A stretch of 62,175 nt of DNA from Candidatus Parcubacteria bacterium. Its GTDB lineage: Bacteria > Patescibacteriota > Minisyncoccia > Phycocordibacterales > PALSA-1337. This document shows, one piece after another, positions 24,575-35,300 of this stretch. The notes beneath the pieces are model-generated. The model did no database searches and was not told the DNA's origin. It saw nothing but the letters and a program-made list of their open reading frames with translations. The position numbers and the translations under genes are program-made. The stretch spans positions 1 through 62,175 of the forward strand of contig CAVYBN010000013.1 in NCBI GenBank assembly GCA_963766795.1. Reading direction: 5' to 3'. Position 1 is the first letter of the stretch. Each line of letters begins with the position of its first letter.

Positions 24575-25078
24575 ATGATCAATTCACTGATCTTAAATCC
24601 CCTTCTCCTCGGCTTCATCGTCCTTACATTGGCGACTTTGATCCTGCTCGGACTCGTTATCTGGATGTGGCTGAAAATGAAGCGTTTCATCGTTGACGTG
24701 GACGCGCACAATGTCAGCGAGTCCTTGAACATGGTCTGGACCGGCATCCAGGATCTCGACAAATTCCGCAAAGAGATGGAAGACTATCTGACCACCGTCG
24801 AGAAGCGTTTGCGTAAGAGCGTGCAATCAGTGTATACCGTGCGCTTCAATCCCTTCAAAGGCACCGGCTCCGGCGGCGACCAGAGCTTCGCCACGGCATT
24901 CCTCAACGAAGAAGGCGATGGCGTGCTCATCTCCAGCCTTTACTCTCGCGAACATGTCAGCATATTTGGAAAGCCTTTGAAGAAGAGCGCGAGCGAGCAT
25001 ACATTGTCAGACGAAGAAAAGGAGGCGGTGGAGGGAGCGAAGAAAAATCTCAAAATTCAAATAACAAGCTCCAGATAA
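24575..25078 (+). CDS. DUF4446 family protein
   Basis: TM helix, then VRFNPF..GGDQSF..GDGVLISSLYSRE..KP..LSDEE. Confidence 0.85.
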   Translation: MINSLILNPLLLGFIVLTLATLILLGLVIWMWLKMKRFIVDVDAHNVSESLNMVWTGIQDLDKFRKEMEDYLTTVEKRLRKSVQSVYTVRFNPFKGTGSGGDQSFATAFLNEEGDGVLISSLYSREHVSIFGKPLKKSASEHTLSDEEKEAVEGAKKNLKIQITSSR

Positions 25079-25200
25079 ATATCAAAAAAATCAGTTTGAT
25101 TTTTGAACTTTGGAGCTTTTCTGGAATTTGAATTCTGTAATTTGAATTTTGGTATACTAGCCAATTGATTATTTTTCTGATATAGTAATATCTCTTTACC

Positions 25201-26883
25201 ATGCCTAATAAACCCAGCAACAACCTGGTCCGTCGTTCCCCTGTCATAGTAGTGATGGGCCATATCGACCATGGCAAATCTTCCCTTCTGGACTACATAA
25301 GAAAGACCGAAGTGGTGGCCGGCGAGGCTGGCGGCATCACCCAGCATGTCGGCGCCTACGAGGTAGAGCACACCGCGACTGACGGAACAAAACACACACT
25401 GACATTCTTGGACACGCCCGGACATGAAGCCTTCTGCTCGATCCGCGAGCGCGGCGCGCTGGCAGCTGACATCGCTATCCTGGTCGTCTCGGGCGAAGAT
25501 GGCGTCAAGCCGCAGACCCTCGAAGCCATGAAGGAGATCAAGGCCGCCAAGATCCCATTCATCGTGGCCATCAATAAGATAGACAAGCCCAACGCCGACG
25601 TGGACCGCACCAAGACTAGCTTGAGCGAGAATGAGATATACGTCGAAGGCTGGGGCGGCGATATTCCTTGCGTCGCCATCTCGGCATTGAAAGGCACTGG
25701 CGTGAATGAATTGCTCGACCTCGTCATCCTGTCAGCTGAATTAGCGGACTTGAAGACGGACCCGACCGCGCCGGCTTCAGGCTTAGTCGTGGAATCAGAG
25801 CTTGACACACGCAAAGGCATTTCCGCGACTCTTCTAATAAAAAACGGCTACATTAAAGCCAGGAACTTTCGTGGTCGCTGGATCCGCTTATGCTCCGGTC
25901 AGATTCATTGAGAATTTCAAGGGCGAGAAGATCGAGAGGCTACGCTTCAATGCCGGTCATCATCGTCAGCTGGAATGAGATGCCGGCTTGCGGCGCCGCA
26001 TTCTCAACCGTCGGCGGTAAGCGCGACGCTGAAAAATTATCCAGCGAAAATCGCGTCGAGAAACAGGCATTGAAATCCGCGCCGAGCGATTTCAGTCCAC
26101 AAAAAGGAAAAAGGCGAGTTGGCCGCTGACCAATTCGGGTACAAGCGCGAGGAAACAGGCGTAGCCACGCTGCCATTGATAATCAAGGCTGACGTCATCG
26201 GTTCCTTGGAAGGCGTGAAGTTCGAATTGGCTAAGCTCAAGAAAGGATTGCCAGCCGATCAGGCAGCCAAAGTCCGACTTAAGATCGTTTCCGAGGGCAT
26301 CGGGGAGATCGACGAGAACGACATCAAATTGGCGCAAAGCGACCCATCTATCGTCGTCCTCGGCTTCAATGAGGAGCCTGACAAGAAGGCCGCCGCCTTG
26401 ATCGAGCGCTCGCCCGTGCCTTTGAACGTGAGGTCGTTCAAGGTCATATATGAGCTCACGGAATTCGTCCGCGAATCATTGCTAGCCAAAGTGCCCAAGG
26501 AATATGTCGAAGTGATGATCGGCCGCGCCAAGATCATGGCGGTCTTCTCCAAAGACAAAGACAAGCAGGTCGTCGGCGGCAAAGTCCAGGAAGGCATGCT
26601 CGAGACGGGCGCTTCCGTCCGCATCATGCGCCGCGAGCAGCGGGAGATCGGCCGCGGCACCATCCGCGAGCTCCAGCAGCAGAAGAAGCGCGTCGGTGAG
26701 GTCAACGAAGGCTACGAATTCGGCACGATGATCGATTCAAAAGCCGAGATCGCGGAGGGAGATAAGATCGAGGCGGTCAGGATGATTGAAAAGAATGAAC
26801 ATGCGAATCACAAACATCGGAGTTTGCCTATGTGTCACCCCAGCGAAAGCTGGGGTCCAGGGTCATACTACCAATGCCGTTAG
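25201..26883 (+). CDS. infB: Translation initiation factor IF-2, short form (apparent frameshifts)
   Basis: MGHIDHGKS, EAGGITQH, DTPGHEAF, INKID, IKADVIGSLE. Confidence 0.95.
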
Positions 26884-26920
26884 CGGTAATATCCTGGATT
26901 CCCGCTTTCGCGGGAATGAC
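26834..26920. repeat. Paired REP-like palindromic element overlapping the infB 3' end
   Basis: GTCACCCCAGCGAAAGCTGGGGTCCAG..CTGGATTCCCGCTTTCGCGGGAATGAC. Confidence 0.85.
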
Positions 26921-26942
26921 ACAGTAGTAATATATTAATGGA

Positions 26943-27269
26943 ATGAATCAAAAAGACTTAAAATTAAGAGAACTTATCCGTTCATTCGCCGCGGAGTATT
27001 TTTCGCGCGAATCCAACCGGACTTCATTGATCACTATCACGGATGTCGCCATAGAATCCAGAGGCGCCAAGGCGATCATCTTGATTACTGTGCTTCCTGA
27101 ATCGCAAGAGGGATCAGCCGTCAATTTCATTCATAGGCAATTGACGGCTTTCCGCGAGCATGTCATGGAGAAGGCCAGATTGATGCGCGTGCCGTATTTC
27201 GAGGTGGCGATAGATAAGGGCGAGAAGAACAGACAGCGCATGGACGAAATCGGAAAAAGCCCGTTGTAA
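26943..27269 (+). CDS. rbfA: Ribosome-binding factor A
   Basis: Follows infB; LITITDV..RVPYFEVAIDKG. Confidence 0.8.
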   Translation: MNQKDLKLRELIRSFAAEYFSRESNRTSLITITDVAIESRGAKAIILITVLPESQEGSAVNFIHRQLTAFREHVMEKARLMRVPYFEVAIDKGEKNRQRMDEIGKSPL

Positions 27270-27356
27270 TCGGAATCTAAGAAGCATATAATTTATACAT
27301 GGGTATCAAATATGACGTCGATGAGGCGTTTTTTAATTCGTGGAACTCGCGGATGG

Positions 27357-28801
27357 GGCTTAATGGTACTTTTGTGAGGCTGTGATGATACAATCAGCTT
27401 CTAGTAAAGCCATATTTAACAAATATTAATGAATATGCGTAAAAAAAACGATTTCTTGCCCAAATTGCGCTTCCAAAGCGGTAAAAAAGAACGGCCGGTT
27501 TAGAGGGATCCAGAGATACAAATGCACCGGCTGTTCCGTTCAATTTCAGATATCAAAGAAAAGAGACCCGTCTCAGATCAGAAAGAAGCTCTGGTTTGAT
27601 TTTTGTTTTCGATATGCGACCGTCGAGACGCTCACGGAGAAATACCGCAAGTCCGAGAAGTGGGTCCGCAATCAGCTCAAGCTCTACGAGCTTCCGGACG
27701 CGAAGCCAGTTCCTCGCGCCATGGTCGCGGTCATGGACGCGAGCAAGGTCGGGAACGAGTGGATCTTCGTGGTACGCGATCCGCATACGAAAGAGAACGT
27801 GTACATGGAGACGATCCAATTTGAAAGCACGTTCTGCTACCAGACGGCGCTTCGGGAGCTGAAAGAGAAAGGTTTTACGATCAAAGCCATCGTGGGAGAC
27901 GGAAAAGTGGCCGTATCGTGGCTTTTCAAGGGAATACCGTCGCAGATGTGCCACTTCCACCAGAAGCAGATCGTCGTGAGACGGATCACGCTCAACCCTC
28001 TCTTGCCAGCCGGCGTGGAGCTTCTGGCAATCGTGAATACCTTGACTGCGAGCACTGAAGCGGAATTCACCTTGAAGTTCAAGGAATGGTGCGAAAAGTG
28101 GGACGGTTCTTGAAAGAAAAAAGCTTGAACGAAAAAACCGGAAGAGACGCTTACACGCATCGGAAGCTTCGAGGCGCTCGAGACAGCATTAAAAGGCATT
28201 TGCCGAACCTGTTCACTTTTGAAAGATACCCGGAACTCCATATCCCGAACACCACGAATTCTCTTGATGGTTCATTCACGAAGATTAAGAACTCGATAGC
28301 CATTCACGCCGGGCTCCGCGCGACAGAAGATTAAAATGGTCAAAACATCGCTTGGAGGGAAAGTCCAGCCTCAGAAAACACCATTAAGCCGATCACGCTC
28401 AACCCTCTCTTGCCAGCCGGCGTGGAGCTTCTGGCAATCGTGAATACCTTGACTGCGAGCACTGAAGCGGAATTCACCTTGAAGTTCAAGGAATGGTGCG
28501 AAAAGTGGGACGCGTTCTTGAAAGAAAAAAGCTTGAACGAAAAAACCGGAAGATACGCTTACACGCATCGGAAGCTTCGAGGCGCTCGAGACAGCATTAA
28601 AAGGCATTTGCCGAACCTGTTCACTTTTGAAAGATACCCGGAACTCCATATCCCGAACACCACGAATTCTCTTGACGGTTCATTCACCAAGATCAAGAAC
28701 TCGATAGCCATTCACGCCGGGCTCGCGCGCGAACAGAAGATCAAAATGGTCAAAACATTGCTTGGAGGGAAAGTCTAGCCTCACAAAAGTACCATTAAGC
28801 C
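27357..28801 (+). mobile_element. IS256-like element (Zn-ribbon variant), copy 1, with duplicated 3' 411 bp
   Basis: 25-bp TIRs GGCTTAATGGTACTTTTGTGAGGCT; TSD GCGGATGG at 27349-27356 and 28802-28809; transposase motifs VGDG, QMCHFHQ, PNTTNSLDG. Confidence 0.92.
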
Positions 28802-29427
28802 GCGGATGGCATATGTGTTGGGCTATCTATATGCCGATGGGAATGTGATGGATCTTCCCTACATGCGCGCAAAATATGTTTCGGTCACAAGCATTGATAT
28901 TGATTCGATAAAGAGAATACAAGCATGGCTAGGTTCAAGCCATAGGATTATTGAGCGTGCATCCCAATGGGAACATGGGAACAAGACATACACATTAAGA
29001 ATTGGTAGCCATGCACTATACGATTCGCTCTTTCATCTCGGCCTGCGTCCACGTAAATCTCTTACAGTGACCATGCCTGAAATACCGTCAAGATATTTTA
29101 TGGATTTTGTCAGAGGCTATTTTGACGGCGATGGGTGCGTATACCTTGAAAAGATCACCCGCAAGAATGGACTGATACGCCCGAGAAAGCTCAGCACGAT
29201 TTTTACTTCAGGAAGTAAAGCCTTCTTGGACCAATTATCTCAATTGCTCGATAAGAATATTGAAACTAAGCACCAGAAGACTATTAGAGGTAGAACGGCT
29301 TATCAGCTAAGATATGGAACAAATGATTCAATAAGACTGTATAGGGAGCTTTACAAAGGCGTCAAAAAAGGCGATTATTTAGAACGCAAGCATAAGATAT
29401 TCGAGGAATTCTTCCGCTTGCACAAAC

Positions 29428-29503
29428 GGCCATGTGGCGAAGATAGCAACGCGACGGTCTGCAAAACCGTTATGCGTGGGTGCAAATCCCACCATGGCCT
29501 CCA
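29428..29503 (+). tRNA. tRNA-Cys(GCA)
   Basis: GGCCATG/CATGGCC acceptor, anticodon arm ACGGT-CTGCAAA-ACCGT, U73 and CCA. Confidence 0.92.
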
Positions 29504-29514
29504 GTCACTCGCTC

Positions 29515-29600
29515 GCCCGGGTGCTGAAATTGGTAGCCAGCCCTGACTTAAAATCAGGTGGGAAGCAATTCCCGTGTGAGTTCGATTCTCACCCCGGGCA
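29515..29600 (+). tRNA. tRNA-Leu(TAA)
   Basis: GCCCGGG/CCCGGGC acceptor, CCTGA-CTTAAAA-TCAGG, long variable arm, TTCGA T-loop. Confidence 0.93.
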
Positions 29601-29939
29601 CAAATCATTTCATAAAAGACAAAACCCGCTGTTTTAAGGCGGGCTTTCGCTTTGCATTTTTGTAAGGGAATACTAACCCATGAAAAGAACTGATCTGATG
29701 GACGGAGGCGGAGCGAGCGATCAGCTCGCTCCGCCCAACGGATTCTCGCACACGCGAGACCGCTGTTGTCTACATTGCCTTTCGGCGAGCTTGCATCATA
29801 CTGCAAGAGAAGGCCGTTGTTGATCGTTATGCGATCCAGCCCCTGCCACCGTCAATACCGATGGGATTGCCACAATTTTCCAGATCAATCACAGTGGAGA
29901 TTGCGGCAGTGGCTCTCTTGAGCCAACTCCCTGCCTGAT

Positions 29940-30404
29940 TCACCCGTTCTTGTCCGATCCACGACAAAGACAGCCGCCGGAAGAATCGCTGGAATTGTGT
30001 TGCGCCGCAAGAAAGCGCTCGACATTCTTCATGAATGGTAGAACAAGCCGACGTGCTTGCTCATAATCATAAAGGGTCTCAAAATGACCGATTGTTGACT
30101 GCACTTGGGTCACTTCACAACTCGGGAATGTTATTCCCCAGACCGCATTAAGGGCATTGCGCGCGCCTTCGTAGAAGGCCCGTGAGTCTGCCGGGACGAT
30201 GTAATGATCGCCTTCATCCCGCCATTCCCAGAAGTACGTCGACCCGTGATTCGATGACAGACACAGGACATCGCCGTAGACATCGTGTTTGGTGGGACCG
30301 ACATTGTCACCGAAGATGTCATCCGATTCTTCAGCTTCCTGGTGGGGGAGCATCTTTGGAATGAACAGATCTGATTTGAATATAATGTTCGCTTTCATTT
30401 GCAA
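29940..30404 (-). CDS. Hypothetical protein
   Basis: 154-aa ORF downstream of a promoter at 30612-30641; no recognisable motif. Confidence 0.5.
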   Translation of the reverse strand: MQMKANIIFKSDLFIPKMLPHQEAEESDDIFGDNVGPTKHDVYGDVLCLSSNHGSTYFWEWRDEGDHYIVPADSRAFYEGARNALNAVWGITFPSCEVTQVQSTIGHFETLYDYEQARRLVLPFMKNVERFLAAQHNSSDSSGGCLCRGSDKNG

Positions 30405-30611
30405 TGGAGTGCGCTGTTCCGTGTTTCTTAGGCACGATCGGTAGCGCTACCGTACTGACGGGATAAGTCCCTCGAAGCTTCAGTGTGGCTTACTACCTCA
30501 ATGTGATGCGTAGCTTTTTGGATACCTCGTGAATTGTTAAATGGAGATACCCAAGGAGCTACGCTCACGAACAGCGAACCAATGTCAAAGTACCCTTATT
30601 TAACTGTGCAT

Positions 30612-30641
30612 AGTATAGCACACCTAACGCCTATTTGTCAA
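30612..30641 (-). promoter_or_regulatory. Sigma70 promoter
   Basis: TTGACA-18-TATACT with TG extension on the minus strand. Confidence 0.7.
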
Positions 30642-31268
30642 CTATTTTCGGGTGATTTTAATGCCCTTCAAAAAGGTGGCTCTGTGTAGCTCCGAAATCC
30701 CATGTTTCCTGATGGCTTTGTAATGCGCCTTGGTGCCATAGCCTTTGTGGATCTCGAAGCCGTATTGCGGGTAGAGTTTGGCCAGGCGCTTCATCTTGCG
30801 GTCGCGCAGGACTTTGGCACAGATCGAGGCCAGCGCTATTATCGGTTCTTTAGCATCACCGTCGATGATCGTGGTTTGATTCACATACTTTGAAGGCGCA
30901 TACAGCGAACCGTCGAGTAACACCCGCGAATCGATCGGCGCAAATCCATTAGCTTCAAGCCTTTTGAGAGAACGCCCCATTGCCATACGCGTCGCTCGTG
31001 TCAAACCTTTCGTGTCAATCGTTGCCGCATTTGAAAAAGAGACGGCATAGCTAACAGTTCCCTTTTTTGAGTGCGTTCTAATGATCGCGAACCATTTTTC
31101 CCTTTGCTTCTCTGACAATTGTTTCGAATCCTTGACGCCTTTGAATAGCTTCAGGGAACCCTTCGACTTCACGGCAAAAGCGCCGACGGAAATCGGTCCA
31201 GCCAACGGCCCACGGCCAGCTTCGTCGATGCCGATGAGAAAAACTTTACTTTTATGACTGGATGCCAT
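30642..31268 (-). CDS. rnhB: Ribonuclease HII
   Basis: GIDEAGRGPLAGP, KDSKQL, ASICAKVLRD, HKGYGT. Confidence 0.95.
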   Translation of the reverse strand: MASSHKSKVFLIGIDEAGRGPLAGPISVGAFAVKSKGSLKLFKGVKDSKQLSEKQREKWFAIIRTHSKKGTVSYAVSFSNAATIDTKGLTRATRMAMGRSLKRLEANGFAPIDSRVLLDGSLYAPSKYVNQTTIIDGDAKEPIIALASICAKVLRDRKMKRLAKLYPQYGFEIHKGYGTKAHYKAIRKHGISELHRATFLKGIKITRK

Positions 31269-31274
31269 ATGTCG

Positions 31275-31351
31275 AAAGGGGGGTGACAATTTGTCCCCAC
31301 CCTTTGAATGATAGCACTCTTAAGAGGGTGTTCAATTTGAACCCACCCTTT
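31275..31351. repeat. Two 31-bp direct repeats, each with a CAATTTG-centred palindrome
   Basis: AAAGGGGGGTGACAATTTGTCCCCACCCTTT (31275) and TAAGAGGGTGTTCAATTTGAACCCACCCTTT (31321). Confidence 0.75.
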
Positions 31352-31361
31352 AGCGAGTAAT

Positions 31362-32183
31362 TCATTTTGCTTTGAGCCTTCTCTGATTGAAGTTCTCCGT
31401 AGATACCAATGACCTCCCAAGCTTTTTCTCCAATTGCTTGCGAGCAGTTCCGGCAATGTCGCCTCCGATCTCGGCATCCTCTTTTAATTTAGAGATCCCT
31501 TGCGAGTCTTCATTTCTGTGAATCTCGGTCGTGGCGCGTTCGCCGAGCATGTTGAAGATCAGCTCGAAATCATCCATGTGATCACGAAGATTCTCGCGCT
31601 TCAATCCTTTTAGATTCTTATACTCCGCCGGAGTGACACCGAATGTGGCCTTGGAGATTTCCGCAGTCAGTATCTCAAAATCTCTGGCTTCTCGAGCTCC
31701 ACGATTCTTCCATTCATCGGTCAATTCTTCCCTGATGGCAATACCGCGCATTCTCTTCTCGATCCATGAATCTGGATATCCTTTGAGCTTATAAAGCATC
31801 CGGGTGCGCTTCGTGGCTAATTCGGGATCATCAATCTCCTGGACTCTCTCATAACCGACTCGCGCCAACCAGCGCTTGAAAGGCTCAACCTTTGGCGATG
31901 GAATAGATTGGATAATACGAAAGAGCCCTTCGAGATTGGCACAATCTGTATCGTATCTTTTACCGTCAGAAGACTCTAATTTCAGTTGTCTACAAATTGT
32001 AGACAACTCAATTCCGTCATCGCTTTTAACCCTAGCTTTCATTGCAGTCCAATATGCGCTCGGTCTTTCACTGTCTGTCAATGCTTCAATTATATCCACG
32101 ACCGAAAACCACCATTCATTGCCAAGAATGTCTCTGCGAATCTCCCTGTTTCTAAACAAAACTATTTTCATATTCGCTTCCAT
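31362..32183 (-). CDS. Bro-N domain DNA-binding protein
   Basis: EIRR..WWFSVVDII..RIIQSIPSPKVEPFKRWLA..ENLRDHM. Confidence 0.85.
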   Translation of the reverse strand: MEANMKIVLFRNREIRRDILGNEWWFSVVDIIEALTDSERPSAYWTAMKARVKSDDGIELSTICRQLKLESSDGKRYDTDCANLEGLFRIIQSIPSPKVEPFKRWLARVGYERVQEIDDPELATKRTRMLYKLKGYPDSWIEKRMRGIAIREELTDEWKNRGAREARDFEILTAEISKATFGVTPAEYKNLKGLKRENLRDHMDDFELIFNMLGERATTEIHRNEDSQGISKLKEDAEIGGDIAGTARKQLEKKLGRSLVSTENFNQRRLKAK

Positions 32184-32309
32184 GCCTTAATTTTCCCACT
32201 TGCAAGAAAAAAATCAATACTGACGCGCGCGAAATTCGGTGTCGTAATGGTATGCGGATCGATTCATGTCAATCTTCCAATCAATCGTGGTTTCAATTAC
32301 ACTTAGCCC

Positions 32310-35300
32310 ATGAATCGTTTCGTCCACCTCCACGCGCACTCCCACTATTCCCTGCTATCCGCCCTGCCGAAGATAGATGAGCTAGTAGCCGAAGCCAAGA
32401 AGCTCGGCATGGACAGCCTGGCATTGACTGACAACGGCAACCTCTACGGTGCCATCGATTTCTATAAGGCCTGCAAGAAGAAAGAGATCAAACCAATAAT
32501 TGGCGTTGATTTTTATGTCGCCGCGCGTTCACGCAAAGATCAGCAAGCTGGCATTGATAATCGCCGCTCGCGATTAGTGCTCTTGGCGACGAACCTGACC
32601 GGCTATAAGAACTTGTTGAAATTGGTGACTTACTCGAACTTCGAAGGCTTCTACTACCGCCCGCGCATCGACCGTGAATTGCTGGAAAAATACAATGAGG
32701 GATTGATCTGCATCATGCCGTCATTCTCCGGAGAAATAGCGCAATCATTAAAGGGCCGCACACAGGAAAAAGCTGTTGAAGTCGCGGAATTCTACAAAAA
32801 GATATTTAAGGCGGAGGGCGAGGAAGTTCCCCGAGGGCGGCTTTCGGAGGCCGAGGAGGCCGAGAAGCAGGCGCGGCGTCAGCAGACGCCGACGCCGGCG
32901 ACCGAGGAGGAGCTTCCTCGCCCGATGCCGGTAAATCGTTTCTTTCTGGAAATAACCCGCCATCCGGAGATCGACGGACACGAGGCGGCGATGAAGACTC
33001 TGATAGATTTCGGCCATAGGCACGGCATTCCGCTCATGGCCGCGCACGACGTCTACTATATCCATCCGGAAGATAGAGCCGCTCGCGAGACATTGCTGCG
33101 CGTCAATTCGCATACGGACGGCTCTGACAGGAATTCAGACAGCGATGAGGATGATTTCTCGTTCATTTCAAGCGACAAAGCCGAAGAGCTATTCAAGGAC
33201 TTACCGGAAGCGCTCGAGAATACGCGCAAGATCGCCGACGCATGCAACCTGGAATTGAAGCTCGGCACATGGGTATTCCCGAGCTACATCGTGGCGAACG
33301 GCAAGAGCTATGACGATGAATTGAAACGATTCACGGAAGAAGGCTATGCGCGGCGCGGCATCGTGAAGACGCCGGAGCTCGCCAAGCGCGCCGACTACGA
33401 GCTAGAGGTCATCAAAAACAAAGGCTATGCGCCGTACTTCTTGGTTGTCTCCGATCTCCTTCGCCACGCCCACGAGAAAGGCATCATCACCACCACTCGC
33501 GGTTCGGCCGCCGGCTCATTCGTGTCGTATCTGACCGGCATCGTCAACGTCGATCCGATCTATTTCAACCTGCCGTTCGAGCGCTTCCTCAATCCCGACC
33601 GCCCGTCCGCGCCGGATATAGACATGGACATCGCCGACAACCGCCGCGACGAGATGATCACCTACGCGCGCGAGAGGTACGGCGCCGACCACGTGGCCCA
33701 GATCGGGACATTCGGCACGATGCTGGCGCGCGGCTCGGTCAGGGACGTGGCTCGCGCCATGGGCTTCTCATTCGACGACGGCGACAAGATCGCCAAGCTC
33801 ATCCCCATGGGCTCGCAAGGATTCCCCATGACTTTGGATCACGCCATGGAGCTGGTGCCCGAGCTGAAATCCATGTACAACAATGAGCCGCAAGCCAAGA
33901 CCATCATCGACATGGCCAGAAAGATCGAGGGCTGTGCCCGCCACATCTCGGTGCACGCCGCCGGCGTGGTCATCGCGCCAGGGCCGTTGGTGGAATACAC
34001 GCCGCTCCAATTCGATCCCAAAGGAGAGGGCAAGATCATCACGCAGTACGACATGTATGCCATCGAGGAAGCCGGACTCCTCAAGCTCGATTTCCTGGGC
34101 ATCCGCAACCTGGCAATATTGGCCGACGCGGTCGAGCGCGTCAAGAAGATCGAGAACATCGCCGTAGACATCGACACGGTCCCCTTGGACGACAAGAAGA
34201 CTTTCGAGATGCTGGCCAAGGGCGAGACGATCGGCTTGTTCCAATTGAATGGCTCCGGCATGACGCGCTATCTTGTCGACTTGAAGCCGACGACCATTCA
34301 CGACATCAACCTGATGATCGCACTCTACCGCCCGGGCCCGATGGACAACATCAACGAGTACATAGAGCGCAAGAACGGCCTCACGCCGGTCACCTATCCG
34401 CATCCGGCCATGAAGAAGTTCCTGGAGACGACCTACGGCGTGATGGTCTATCAGGACGACCTCCTGATGACCGCCATCGAGGTAGCTGGCTATAGCTGGT
34501 CGGAAGTGGACAAGTTCCGCAAGGCGGTCGGCAAGAAGATACCGGAAGAGATGGCCAAACAGCACGCGAAATTCGTCGAAGGCGCGCAAAAGCACGGCAA
34601 GCTCTCGGAGAAGAAAGCCGAAGCGATCTGGAAGCTCTTCGAGCCGTTCCAGGGCTACGGCTTCAACAAGGCGCACGCCGCCAGCTACGGCAAAGTAGCT
34701 TACCAGACGGCTTACATGAAGGCGAATTTCCCGGAGATCTACATGTCGGCGGTCTTGTCGGCGGAATCAGGCGACACCGACATGATCGGCGAGATCGTCA
34801 CCGAATGCCGCCGCATGGGCGTGCCGGTGCTTCCGCCTGACGTGAATGAGAGCTTCAGTCAGTTTACGGTCGTGAAGGAGCAGGGTACAGGGGTCAGGGT
34901 TCAGGGTTCAGGGTCTGCGGATCAAGATGCAGAAAGATCTAAAAATCAGTCCGCCGAAGATCAGACTGGTACAAAAAACAAATCTCCGTCTGTACCCTGT
35001 ACCCTGTACCCTGTACCCTTTCATCGCATCCGATTCGGTCTCGTGACCATCAAGAACTTCGGCCAAGGCGTTTCGACTGCAATAATTGAAGAACGCAAAA
35101 AGGGTGGGCATTTCAAGTCATTGGCGGACTTTCTGGACCGCGTCAAGGATCGCAACTTGAACAAGAAATCGCTGGAGGCGCTCATCAAGTCCGGCGCCGT
35201 GGATTGCTTCGGCGAGGACCGCGGAACGATGTTGGCCAACATCGACTTGCTCTTGGAATACAACAAGGAAAGAGGGGCGCAATTCGCCGGGCAGGATTCG

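Larger units (their letters stand above)
27299..29546 (+). pseudogene. Free-standing LAGLIDADG endonuclease interrupted by IS after codon ~19
   Basis: Removing the IS and one TSD restores MGIKYDVDEAFFNSWNSRMAYVLGYLYADG; second motif FVRGYFDGDG. Confidence 0.85.

Noticed and set aside
30450-30485. Hammerhead ribozyme (CTGACGG..CGAA)
   Set aside because: The core deviates from CUGANGA/GAAA and no stems I/III could be identified.
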